DNA of 43,474 nucleotides, taken from positions 1-43,474 of the forward strand of contig JAZKAE010000003.1 in the NCBI GenBank assembly GCA_040389345.1, in the 5' to 3' direction. The notes beneath the pieces are model-generated. The model saw nothing but the letters and a program-made list of their open reading frames with translations, had not been told where the DNA came from and did not search any database. The stretch is from Patescibacteria group bacterium (GTDB taxonomy: Bacteria; Patescibacteriota; Minisyncoccia; Phycocordibacterales; Zambryskibacteraceae). Positions 8,953 through 17,790 of the stretch are shown here, in pieces; the first letter of the stretch is position 1, and the number at the start of each line of letters is the position of its first letter. A program made the translations under genes and the position numbers.

Positions 8953-9726
8953 ATGTATCCAAAAAAGTCACTCGGCCAGCACTTCTTAACTTCAACCGGC
9001 GCGATCGAAGATATTTTGGATGCGGGGGATGTGACCGGAGATGATCAGATCCTTGAGGTAGGACCTGGGAAGGGAGTATTGACTGAGAAGCTCATTGAAT
9101 TCGCAGACAAGGTCATCGCCATAGAAAAGGACAGAGACCTTATCCCGCTTCTTGAAGAAAAATTTGCTAAAGAGATCAAGAAAGGAAAAATATCGATCCT
9201 TGAACAAGACATCCTCGAATTTGATCCGAGCACGATCCAAGGGGAGTACAAACTCATCGCTAACCTTCCGTACTACATCACAGGTCAATTTATCAGGAAG
9301 TTTTTAGAAACAGAATTTCAACCTGAACGCATGGTGCTCATGCTTCAAAAAGAAGTAGCCGAGCGCATCGCTCGCAGTGAGAAAGAGAGTATCCTCTCCA
9401 TTTCAGTTAAAGCTTACGGTACGCCGTTCTATATAAAGACAGTAAAGGCTGGATCATTCTTTCCTGCGCCGAACGTCGACTCAGCGATCCTCGCTATCAA
9501 CGATATTTCCAAAGAGTTTTTCAAAGGATTCACTGAAGAGCACTTTTTCACCCTCCTCCACGCAGGGTTTCAATCTAAACGAAAGAAGTTGTCGTCGAAT
9601 TTGTCAGCCGTAGCTCCCAAAGAGAAGGTGAAGGAAGTGTTTCTGAGCCTGGCTCTTGATGACAACACCCGAGCCGAAGATCTCAGCCTCGAAAACTGGA
9701 GAAAAATAGCTATTGCTCTGGTATAA
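8953..9726 (+). CDS. rsmA: 16S rRNA (adenine1518/1519-N6)-dimethyltransferase RsmA/KsgA
   Basis: SLGQHFL, EVGPGKGVLT (SAM site) and NLPYYIT are present. The start is set at ATG 8953, directly after the pcrA stop (8949-8951), not at the upstream in-frame 8896. Confidence 0.9.
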   Translation: MYPKKSLGQHFLTSTGAIEDILDAGDVTGDDQILEVGPGKGVLTEKLIEFADKVIAIEKDRDLIPLLEEKFAKEIKKGKISILEQDILEFDPSTIQGEYKLIANLPYYITGQFIRKFLETEFQPERMVLMLQKEVAERIARSEKESILSISVKAYGTPFYIKTVKAGSFFPAPNVDSAILAINDISKEFFKGFTEEHFFTLLHAGFQSKRKKLSSNLSAVAPKEKVKEVFLSLALDDNTRAEDLSLENWRKIAIALV

Positions 9727-9727
9727 T
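9719..9727 (+). promoter_or_regulatory. Perfect extended -10 (TGgTATAAT) heading the T4SS-like operon
   Basis: ctcTGgTATAATttgggttaATG. The element overlaps the rsmA stop codon (9724-9726) and lies 8 nt before ATG 9736. Confidence 0.45.
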
Positions 9728-9735
9728 TTGGGTTA

Positions 9736-10497
9736 ATGAATCGCCCGCGAGTCTATATCGCTCTTTCTATATCCTTGCTTCTTATTATTGGAGCTGGTTG
9801 GTTTAGATATTCTTCTCTTCACAAAGCTACGCAAGCGGGATTAATAGCCATAAACCAAGATTCAGTAGGATCGACTCAGGATTATAACCAGGTCATCACT
9901 GATTACATCACCTCCTCTAGTGCCTCCACCACCCCCGTCCTTTCTCAAAGTGACATGCTGGGTCGCGAGTTGATCCTGGATTATGTTGATCTTGCCACCA
10001 GTGGCAAGGCGAATGATGAAAGTGTTAAAGCTTTGGCGAATAAATATCTAGACAAAGTTCCTTCTCTTAACCAATCCGATACTATAAAGATAGGGGATAT
10101 CCAAACAACCTTCAACAACAAGGCTACGTTGCAAACATATACAAATAGTTTTGGTAAGATCGAAAGAGACTATGCAAACCGTATTAACATGGCTTCAAGC
10201 AAAAGTCCGAGCACGTCGATCGACTCCACCAAGTTTTCAAATATCAGTAGTGCGTACCATGACGCAGCGATCGCCCTTAAAGGACTGATCGTGCCCATAG
10301 CGGTCTTGCCCCAACATATCAAACTTATAAATTCATATCTCTCAAGTGCAGCAGCTACCAAAGCGTTATCCGAAGCAGACAAAGATTCATCTTCAGCCTT
10401 TGCTGGTATAATTGCGTTGAAGACGAACATTGATGTTGAAGCTTCTCTCGTGCAGGACATTGGTCAAATTTTGACACAAAATGGAATCAAGATTTAA
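9736..10497 (+). CDS. Hypothetical N-terminally anchored protein, first gene of the T4SS-like operon
   Basis: 253 aa with an N-terminal TM helix (VYIALSISLLLIIGAGWF). It overlaps the next gene by 17 nt. No recognisable family. Confidence 0.6.
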   Translation: MNRPRVYIALSISLLLIIGAGWFRYSSLHKATQAGLIAINQDSVGSTQDYNQVITDYITSSSASTTPVLSQSDMLGRELILDYVDLATSGKANDESVKALANKYLDKVPSLNQSDTIKIGDIQTTFNNKATLQTYTNSFGKIERDYANRINMASSKSPSTSIDSTKFSNISSAYHDAAIALKGLIVPIAVLPQHIKLINSYLSSAAATKALSEADKDSSSAFAGIIALKTNIDVEASLVQDIGQILTQNGIKI

Positions 10498-11866
10498 ACA
10501 CGCTCTAGCAAAAAAATCCGTCATTTTTCTCCTTTTGGTGTCGGTTGTTTCTTCGACCCTCTACGCTCCTCTCTTTGCTCCAAAGGCCAAGGCCTTATTC
10601 GGAATAGGGGACTTCGGGGTCACCATCGATGTGAAGGCCCTCCTCAGAGAGATCGCGGATGGAGCAGCCATGATCCTGGCCCAAAAGATGATCGACGATA
10701 TTGTGAAATCGACCATCACCTGGGCAAACAATGGATTCAACGGAAACCCTGCATACATCACGAATCCGGGGAGATTCTTTACAAACATTGCAGACAAAGC
10801 AGCAGGCAGCTTTATCCAAGGTTCTGATCTGGGGTTTATGTGTTCTCCATTCCAAGATACGGTGAGGCTTTCTTTGGCCCTCCAGTACTATCAACCTCCG
10901 GAAGATCTCTACCAATGCAGTATCACCGGCATAAAAGGTAACATTGAGAATTTCTACAATGATTTTTCTGCCGGCGGATGGGATGCCTGGTTCTCGATGA
11001 CCCAGACCCCTACAAATAACCCGTACGGAGCGTATCTAACCGCCAAAGTTGATCTGGATTCTCGAATCGCAAGTGCGATCGACCAAGCTCACAATGAAGC
11101 AAACCAGAACCAAGGCTTCTTGAACCTCAAGGAATGTGCGGTCAACAACCCTCCTCAAGATGTGATCGACGCGTACGAAACAGGGGACTTTACTAAATAT
11201 ACTGATCCAAAGATCCAGCAAGCTGCCCGAGACATCGGTAGTGGCAAAACTCCTTATGATCCAACCTTGCCAGCAGGAGCTTGTATCAAAGACGGTCCGA
11301 TCAAAACAGCAGGAAATACTATCAAGGCTCAATTGGACAACGTTCTTCCATCTGGCCTCAGTAAACTGGTTACCTTAAACCACGTCGAGCAGCTGGTCGG
11401 CGCCTTCGCCAGCGGACTCTTGAACAGGTATGTCTTCGGGAACAAGGGAACATTTTCGTCTGGATATGCAGACTACCTGAGCACTTCAAACGCTCCAGCT
11501 ATGACAAACCCGGAGACTGGGGGGACGCCCCCTCCATTAGGAGGCTCAACGACCACTAGCCCGTTCTTGTCCTGTACTGGGGGACCAGCCCAAGCTACGA
11601 TCAATGGAGGTACCTCTGATCCTGTCACTTGGACCTATGCAGGTAATTTTGGCCAAGCCATCGACAACTCTTCTGTTCACTGGACCTTTGACCCCGACGC
11701 CAGTGAAATTGGGACAAGCGGCAACAGCTCTACAGTGGTCTATTCAACTCCAGGATCAAAACAGGCTGTAGTCACTGTTGCGAGCTCTAACCTCGACTTC
11801 GTCTACGCGAACTGTCTCAATATAGTGACCGTCACCGCATCCTCGGCGACAACTACAGGACAATAA
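10481..11866 (+). CDS. Exported protein of unknown family with a C-terminal PKD/Ig-like segment
   Basis: 461 aa with a signal/anchor (KKSVIFLLLVSVVSSTLYAPLFAPKAKA). The C-terminal VHWTFDPDASEIGTSGNSSTVVYSTPGSKQAVVTVASSN looks PKD-like by eye. Confidence 0.6.
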   Translation: MESRFKHALAKKSVIFLLLVSVVSSTLYAPLFAPKAKALFGIGDFGVTIDVKALLREIADGAAMILAQKMIDDIVKSTITWANNGFNGNPAYITNPGRFFTNIADKAAGSFIQGSDLGFMCSPFQDTVRLSLALQYYQPPEDLYQCSITGIKGNIENFYNDFSAGGWDAWFSMTQTPTNNPYGAYLTAKVDLDSRIASAIDQAHNEANQNQGFLNLKECAVNNPPQDVIDAYETGDFTKYTDPKIQQAARDIGSGKTPYDPTLPAGACIKDGPIKTAGNTIKAQLDNVLPSGLSKLVTLNHVEQLVGAFASGLLNRYVFGNKGTFSSGYADYLSTSNAPAMTNPETGGTPPPLGGSTTTSPFLSCTGGPAQATINGGTSDPVTWTYAGNFGQAIDNSSVHWTFDPDASEIGTSGNSSTVVYSTPGSKQAVVTVASSNLDFVYANCLNIVTVTASSATTTGQ

Positions 11867-11867
11867 A

Positions 11868-13982
11868 ATGAAGAAATTTTTCTCACGCACGATCGCATCG
11901 CTCCTGGTAATCACTTTTATTTTTAGCATTGGAGTTGCGCCAATATTAGTACACGCACAGTCTAATCCTCCGTGTACGGACGGACAGAAACAAGCAAGTG
12001 ATGGAAAATGTTATGCCCCAGGAACAAAGGCGGCAGACGCTGCCGGAGTTACCAACAGCGACAACGTAAACAGCCTCAGCTGTGCACTGCCCCAAAACTG
12101 GATCTCTTGCGGACTTACGTATATCGCAAACGCTGTCCTTGGACTTTCAGCATTACTCACTGGTATTGGAGGTACCATTTTAAACTTTGTGGTGCTGAAG
12201 ACGGTCATACAGATGAAAATAAACTATCCAAAAACGGTTATCGACAGCGCTTGGACAACCATCAGAGATATCGCGAACATGGGATTTATTTTCGTGCTCC
12301 TCTATACAGCGATCCTTACCATCTTTGGACAAGGGAAGTACAGGCAAACGATAGTCAACATCATCATTGCGGGAATTTTGGTGAACTTCAGCCTGTTCTT
12401 TACCAAGTTTGTCATCGATGTAGCAAACCTGATCGCGATCACGTTCTACAACGCGATCGCTCCGGGAGCTGCAAACTCGACCATCGGCATTTCAGACGCA
12501 TTTATGCAGGCCATGCATGTGACCAGCCTCTATAAAGCAGCGGGCACCATCAACTCAGTGAACATCATCTCCATTGGAGTACTCGGATCGATCGTCCTCA
12601 TCATCGCAGCGTTTATTTTCTTTGCTATCTCGATCATGTTCGTCGTTCGCTACGTGGTACTTATCTTTGTACTCATATTTTCTCCGATCTACTTTGTATC
12701 CATGGTCCTGCCTGGTCTTGGAAGTTACAAAAAGCAGTGGGAGCAGGCACTCACCGGACAAGCATTCTTTGCCCCGGTCTATTTCATGATGACCTGGGTC
12801 ACCCTTAAGGTATTTAATGGCATCTCAGACAGTCTTTTCCCTCAGATAAAAAATATGGATGCCACTAAGGCGTTCGGGACAGTAAATGCAGCCGCAGGAG
12901 TCACTGGTTACTTTAGCGGTCTAATAGAAATGCTTGTCGGATTCGCTATCCTCATTGGATTCCTTATCCTTTCACTTATTGTTTCAAAAGGTGTTGCAGA
13001 CAGCTCCGGGAAGGGGGTCTCCAAACTCACAAGTTTTGCGACAGGAGCGGTTATGGGGGCAACCGCTGGAGCTGGACGCAGAACATTGGGCAGAGCAGGT
13101 CAAGCACTTAGCGAGAATGAGTACCTCAAATCTAAAGCTCCTGATAGTAGGTTGGCCCGACTTGCTCTGGGCGCCGCTAATAAATCTGCGGGAGCCACTT
13201 TTGATGTTCGCGGTACGACCCGTGGAGGCCTTGCTGGTGGTGGTAAGGCGGGAGGCAAGGGTGGATTTGCCAAGATGGCTAAGGACAGTGCCGATGCTGA
13301 AAAGGAGTATGCAGACAAAACCTTCAAGCCGTCTGATCTTGTGGTGGCAAGCGCAGAAGCAGAGCTAAAAGCAGCACAGAAAATTCCCCTTACTGATCCT
13401 GAAAGAGACAGCAAAATTGCTAAAGCTCAAGCAGATGTTGATAGGTTGAAAGGTGCAGATGAAGGAGAGATGAGAAAGAGAAAAGCACGAGAATTAAGAC
13501 TTGCTGATCCAACACTTACCGAAAAAGAGGCTCGAAAACAAGTTCAGAAACTTGAAGATCAGCACTTTAGCGAAGTTGCAACTCTCATGAAGAGTGGAAT
13601 GACAGAAGATGATGCAAAGAAAAAAGTTAAAGAAAGAAGGGAAGCAGGAGAGAATGTAGGTTGGAATCCTGAAGAGATAAAGAGCAATGCAAACGATAGA
13701 AAGGAGAGGTATGCGAAGGGGATCGCTGAACAGAAAACGTTTGGCATGAATGCAGATCTCACAGGACGTCATCTCATTTTTGGACCAGTTAAAAGAGAAA
13801 GGAAGCTTGAAGCACTTGCTATACGCAAAAGCATGAAGGAGAAGAGCAATAAGGATAAAATAGCAGAAGCGGCATCAGCAATGGCCAAGGAAGACAGCGA
13901 CAAAGATGACACAGCACCGGCAGCAGCTCCGGCCGGAGGCGCACCAGCTGGAGGAACACCCCCCTCAACACCAAAACCATAA
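11868..13982 (+). CDS. VirB6/TrbL-like polytopic membrane protein with a long charged C-terminal tail
   Basis: 704 aa. It has a signal peptide (..ILVHAQS) and about 7 hydrophobic helices between residues ~80 and 380. The last ~270 aa form a K/E/A-rich tail ending AAPAGGAPAGGTPPSTPKP. Its position upstream of the PrgI-like and VirB4 genes is as in Gram-positive T4SS modules. Confidence 0.6.
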   Translation: MKKFFSRTIASLLVITFIFSIGVAPILVHAQSNPPCTDGQKQASDGKCYAPGTKAADAAGVTNSDNVNSLSCALPQNWISCGLTYIANAVLGLSALLTGIGGTILNFVVLKTVIQMKINYPKTVIDSAWTTIRDIANMGFIFVLLYTAILTIFGQGKYRQTIVNIIIAGILVNFSLFFTKFVIDVANLIAITFYNAIAPGAANSTIGISDAFMQAMHVTSLYKAAGTINSVNIISIGVLGSIVLIIAAFIFFAISIMFVVRYVVLIFVLIFSPIYFVSMVLPGLGSYKKQWEQALTGQAFFAPVYFMMTWVTLKVFNGISDSLFPQIKNMDATKAFGTVNAAAGVTGYFSGLIEMLVGFAILIGFLILSLIVSKGVADSSGKGVSKLTSFATGAVMGATAGAGRRTLGRAGQALSENEYLKSKAPDSRLARLALGAANKSAGATFDVRGTTRGGLAGGGKAGGKGGFAKMAKDSADAEKEYADKTFKPSDLVVASAEAELKAAQKIPLTDPERDSKIAKAQADVDRLKGADEGEMRKRKARELRLADPTLTEKEARKQVQKLEDQHFSEVATLMKSGMTEDDAKKKVKERREAGENVGWNPEEIKSNANDRKERYAKGIAEQKTFGMNADLTGRHLIFGPVKRERKLEALAIRKSMKEKSNKDKIAEAASAMAKEDSDKDDTAPAAAPAGGAPAGGTPPSTPKP

Positions 13983-13984
13983 AC

Positions 13985-14509
13985 ATGGACACTAACAAAC
14001 TTATCGAGGAGCAACACAAAACACTAGACCCTGCCCTGCAAGAGGCTCTTACTAACATCCCTTGGAAAAACACTGTACGAGAAATTGCACGGGGTAATGA
14101 TCTCACTAAGGAACAAGCTGAAGCGCTGGAAAGAGAGGTGATGTTTGTTATGTATTGTTTTGAAGAACCTGAAGATTTTCAAAAGAATGTAGTTTCAGAA
14201 GTTGGCGTTGATGCGTTGAAAGCAAAGATCCTCGACAGCAAGATAAGCGATCTCGTATTCAATCCAGTGTTGACCAAGATGGAAGAATTTAAGAAGAACC
14301 ATCCGCAAGAAAAGGCGTCGGCACTCATCGACCTCTCTAAGCAGCTTGAGATAGAACCACCTAAGGTGGATGAGATGATCGAAATAGGTACGCACACTGC
14401 TCACACCACTCCTCAGGTCATCCAGATAAAAAAGCCAACATTCGAAAAGCCTGCGCCTCACACAGAATATAAGGGCGCGCCAGATCCATACAGAGAGCCT
14501 TTAAACTAG
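13985..14509 (+). CDS. Hypothetical acidic soluble protein (T4SS-like operon)
   Basis: 174-aa ORF starting 2 nt after the upstream stop. No TM helix and no recognisable motif. Confidence 0.5.
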   Translation: MDTNKLIEEQHKTLDPALQEALTNIPWKNTVREIARGNDLTKEQAEALEREVMFVMYCFEEPEDFQKNVVSEVGVDALKAKILDSKISDLVFNPVLTKMEEFKKNHPQEKASALIDLSKQLEIEPPKVDEMIEIGTHTAHTTPQVIQIKKPTFEKPAPHTEYKGAPDPYREPLN

Positions 14510-14526
14510 TGTAAACTAGAAAGAGT

Positions 14527-14946
14527 ATGAGATTTCAAGTTCCACAATTCATCGAGGTGGAGGATAAGATATTCGGACCTTTCACCTTCAAGCAGTTCAT
14601 CTACTTGGCCGGGGGAGCGGGGATATGCGCCGTCCTCTTCACTCTGCTTCCGCGGTTCATCGCCTTCTTCCTCTCAGTTCCTGTGGCGATCTTCGCTCTG
14701 TGTCTCGCATTTTATAAAGTGAACGAGAAGCCGTTCGCTGAAGTGGTCGAGGCCTTCCTCGCCTATACGTTCGGAGGCAAGCTCTACATTTGGAAAAAAG
14801 AAGACAAGGTTCCTGTGCCCAAAGAAGAAGCTTCCAAAGCCCCGCTTCAGCAGGTCTATGTGCCAAAACTTTCTCAATCCAAACTAAAAGACCTGAGCCT
14901 CGCGCTCGACATCAACCCCGCAGAGAACCCAAACGATCACCAGTAG
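14527..14946 (+). CDS. PrgI-family (VirB3-like) two-TM protein
   Basis: MRFQVPQFIEVEDKIFGPFTFKQFIYLAGGAG is followed by two TM helices. This matches the N-terminal signature of the PrgI family of Gram-positive conjugation systems, and the gene sits just upstream of virB4. Confidence 0.7.
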   Translation: MRFQVPQFIEVEDKIFGPFTFKQFIYLAGGAGICAVLFTLLPRFIAFFLSVPVAIFALCLAFYKVNEKPFAEVVEAFLAYTFGGKLYIWKKEDKVPVPKEEASKAPLQQVYVPKLSQSKLKDLSLALDINPAENPNDHQ

Positions 14947-14959
14947 AACAAAGATAGGC

Positions 14960-14965
14960 TATAAT
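14960..14965 (+). promoter_or_regulatory. Internal -10 hexamer TATAAT, 6 nt before ATG 14972
   Basis: aggcTATAATacacacATG. Confidence 0.35.
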
Positions 14966-14971
14966 ACACAC

Positions 14972-15613
14972 ATGGCAGAGAGTTCGAACTCCACTCAAAG
15001 TTTTGTACCCATAAAAGAAGTACGTGACGGCATCCTTATCTTGAAGGAGGGCGGCATGCGCGCCATCTTGATCGCTTCATCCCTCAACTTCTCTTTGAAG
15101 GCCGAGGATGAGAAGAACGCGATCCTTTTTCAGTTTCAGGATTTCCTGAACTCCCTCGATTTCTCAGTCGAGATCATCATCCAATCCAGGAAGCTTGATA
15201 TACGCCCATACATAGCCCTTTTGGAAGAACAGGAGAAGAAGCAGGTAAACGACCTTATGAGAATACAGACCGCCGAATATATCCAGTTCATCAAAAGCTT
15301 CACTGAGGGCACGAACATCATGACCAAGCAATTCTTTGTGGTCGTGCCGTATTCTCCGGCAACCATTAATCCAAGCAAGGTTTCTGGCCTCGGTTCACTA
15401 TTTGGCTCTAAAACTGCAAAGGAGAAGGTGTCTATATCTGATGCGGTGTTTGAGGAGAACCGCACCCAGCTCGAACAAAGAGTGTCCGTGGTAGAGCAGG
15501 GATTGATCCGAACAGGGATCCGTGTGAAGCGCTTGGACACAGAAGCAGTCATCGAGCTTTTCTATAAGGCATTCAATCCAGGGGAGACAGAAAAACCACT
15601 TAAAGCAAACTAA
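14972..15613 (+). CDS. Stand-alone protein resembling the N-terminal (non-ATPase) domain of VirB4
   Basis: 213 aa. SFVPIKEVRDGILILKEGGMRAILIASSLNFSLKAEDEKNAILFQFQDFLNSL..VEIIIQSRKLD follows the pattern I associate with Gram-positive VirB4/TrsE N-termini. There is no Walker motif. This is a by-eye call. Confidence 0.45.
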   Translation: MAESSNSTQSFVPIKEVRDGILILKEGGMRAILIASSLNFSLKAEDEKNAILFQFQDFLNSLDFSVEIIIQSRKLDIRPYIALLEEQEKKQVNDLMRIQTAEYIQFIKSFTEGTNIMTKQFFVVVPYSPATINPSKVSGLGSLFGSKTAKEKVSISDAVFEENRTQLEQRVSVVEQGLIRTGIRVKRLDTEAVIELFYKAFNPGETEKPLKAN

Positions 15614-15615
15614 AT

Positions 15616-17439
15616 ATGAGCATCTTCGATAAATTATTAGGAAAAGAAGAAAAGAAGCCAGATATCTCTTCGATATTGCCCCAAGAGATCTTCCAGGCAG
15701 GGATACTCGAGCTCAAAGACATCATCGCCCCAAGCGCCTTGAAGATCAGCCCAAAGGAGCTCAACCTCGGAGAAAAGATCGTCCGCAGCTTCTTTGTGAT
15801 CTCATACCCCAGGTTCCTCTCGGAATCCTGGTTCTCTCCGATCATCAACATGGACAAGGTGTTTGACGTCTCGATCCACGTGCATCCTGTTGAGACCTCA
15901 AAGGTCCTGCGCCAATTTCAGAAAAAGGTTGCCGAGGTGCAAAGCCAGATCCACACCAGAGAAGAGAAGGGGCTCGTCCGCGACCCTATGCTCGATGTGG
16001 CCTATCAGGACCTTGAGAATCTGCGTGACCAGCTCCAGCAAGCCCAGGAAAAGCTCTTTGATGTGGGACTCTACATCACGATCTATGCAGATTCTGATTC
16101 TGAGCTCGACAAGGTGGAGTCCGAGATCAAATCTATCCTCGAGGCCAAGCTCGTATATCTGAAACCTGCACTCTTTCAGCAAGAACAAGGGTATAAGAGC
16201 ACGCTTCCCATGGGAGAAGACCAGCTCAATGTCCACTCTAAGTTGAATTCTTCTCCGCTCTCATCACTCTTCCCATTCACCTCATTTGACCTGACCGACA
16301 ACAAAGGCATCCTCTATGGGATCAATAGGCACAACTCGTCCCTTGTGATCTTTGACCGATTCTCTTTGGAGAACTACAACTCGATCATGTTCGCAAAGTC
16401 TGGAGCCGGCAAATCGTATGCAACAAAGCTTGAGATCTTGCGTACCCTTATGTTCGATACAGATGTGATCGTGATCGACCCAGAGAGGGAATACGAGTAT
16501 ATGGCCGAAGCCACTGGAGGCAGATACTTCAAGATCTCACTGAACTCTGAGCACCACATCAATCCATTTGACCTTCCTCTGCCGGGACCGGACGAATCCG
16601 GTGCAAACGTGCTTCGCTCAAACATCATTAACCTCGTTGGGCTCTTTCGTTTGATGATGGGAGGTCTCACGCCTGAAGAAGATGCGATCATCGACCGAGC
16701 GATCACTGAAACCTATGCCTTGAAAGACATCACTGCAGATTCTGACTTCGCATCCATTGAACCTCCCCTTATGTCTGACTTTGAACTCGTGCTCTCGGGA
16801 CTTGAGGGAGGAGAATCGCTCGCCCAGCGCCTTACCAAATACACCAAAGGTACGTGGGCCGGATTCATCAACAAACCGACGAACGTGGACATCAACAGAA
16901 AGTTTGTTGTCTTTTCTCTCCGCGATATGGAAGATGAGCTGAAGCCAATAGCCATGTACATCGTCACTCACTATATCTGGAACGCTGTTCGCAAAGAGCT
17001 CAAGAAACGCCTCCTTGTCATCGATGAAGCATGGTGGATGATGAAATCTGAGGACACCGCCTCATTCCTCATGGGCCTCGTGAAAAGAGGGCGCAAGTAT
17101 TACCTCGGCGTGGCTACGATCACTCAGGACGTCGGTGACTTCTTGAAGAGCCCATATGGTCTTCCTATCATCACCAACTCTTCGATCCAGATACTTCTGA
17201 AGCAGTCACCGACCACGATCGACAACCTGCAGCAAACCTTTAACCTAACGGATGAAGAAAAGTATCTTCTGCTTGAATCAGATGTGGGGGAGGGAATCTT
17301 CTTTGCCGGCCTTAAGCATGTGGCCATAAAGAACATCGCCTCATACACAGAGGATCAGATCATCACCTCAGATCCATCTCAGGTCCTGGCACAAAAGCGA
17401 GCGCGGCAAGAATCGGCCCAAGGCAAAAATCCAGCTTAA
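15616..17439 (+). CDS. virB4: Type IV secretion ATPase, VirB4/TrsE/PrgJ family
   Basis: 607 aa. Walker A FAKSGAGKSYATK, VIVIDPEREY, INPFDL, Walker B LLVIDEAWWMM and GRKYYLGVATITQDVGDF are present. Confidence 0.9.
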   Translation: MSIFDKLLGKEEKKPDISSILPQEIFQAGILELKDIIAPSALKISPKELNLGEKIVRSFFVISYPRFLSESWFSPIINMDKVFDVSIHVHPVETSKVLRQFQKKVAEVQSQIHTREEKGLVRDPMLDVAYQDLENLRDQLQQAQEKLFDVGLYITIYADSDSELDKVESEIKSILEAKLVYLKPALFQQEQGYKSTLPMGEDQLNVHSKLNSSPLSSLFPFTSFDLTDNKGILYGINRHNSSLVIFDRFSLENYNSIMFAKSGAGKSYATKLEILRTLMFDTDVIVIDPEREYEYMAEATGGRYFKISLNSEHHINPFDLPLPGPDESGANVLRSNIINLVGLFRLMMGGLTPEEDAIIDRAITETYALKDITADSDFASIEPPLMSDFELVLSGLEGGESLAQRLTKYTKGTWAGFINKPTNVDINRKFVVFSLRDMEDELKPIAMYIVTHYIWNAVRKELKKRLLVIDEAWWMMKSEDTASFLMGLVKRGRKYYLGVATITQDVGDFLKSPYGLPIITNSSIQILLKQSPTTIDNLQQTFNLTDEEKYLLLESDVGEGIFFAGLKHVAIKNIASYTEDQIITSDPSQVLAQKRARQESAQGKNPA

Positions 17440-17444
17440 CCATC

Positions 17445-17783
17445 ATGGGAAGCAAAATTTCTAACGCAGAGTGGGGACTCTTGGTCGGAGCCCTTGCAAC
17501 AATAGACCTGGCACAAGTTGTGCTAGATGTATTTGCTATTGGCCTTGTGGCCAACCGCATCATTGATCTTACTGTGGTGATGGCCCTCCCTCTATATTTA
17601 ACCTTTCGAGGTTTTAAACTAGATACCGAGACTATGCTACTTATCGGTGGATCATTTTTGGCAGAAGAAATACCAGTTGTGGACGCTGCGCCTTTTTGGA
17701 GCCTTGTGGGATGGAGGCTTTGGCAAATAGACAAACGGAGAAAAGCGGAAGCAGACCAAACTCCTGATGAAAACAGGCTATAA
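17445..17783 (+). CDS. Small hydrophobic membrane protein (T4SS-like operon)
   Basis: 112 aa with 2-3 hydrophobic helices and a basic C-terminus. No named family. Confidence 0.55.
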   Translation: MGSKISNAEWGLLVGALATIDLAQVVLDVFAIGLVANRIIDLTVVMALPLYLTFRGFKLDTETMLLIGGSFLAEEIPVVDAAPFWSLVGWRLWQIDKRRKAEADQTPDENRL

Positions 17784-17790
17784 TAAAAAG

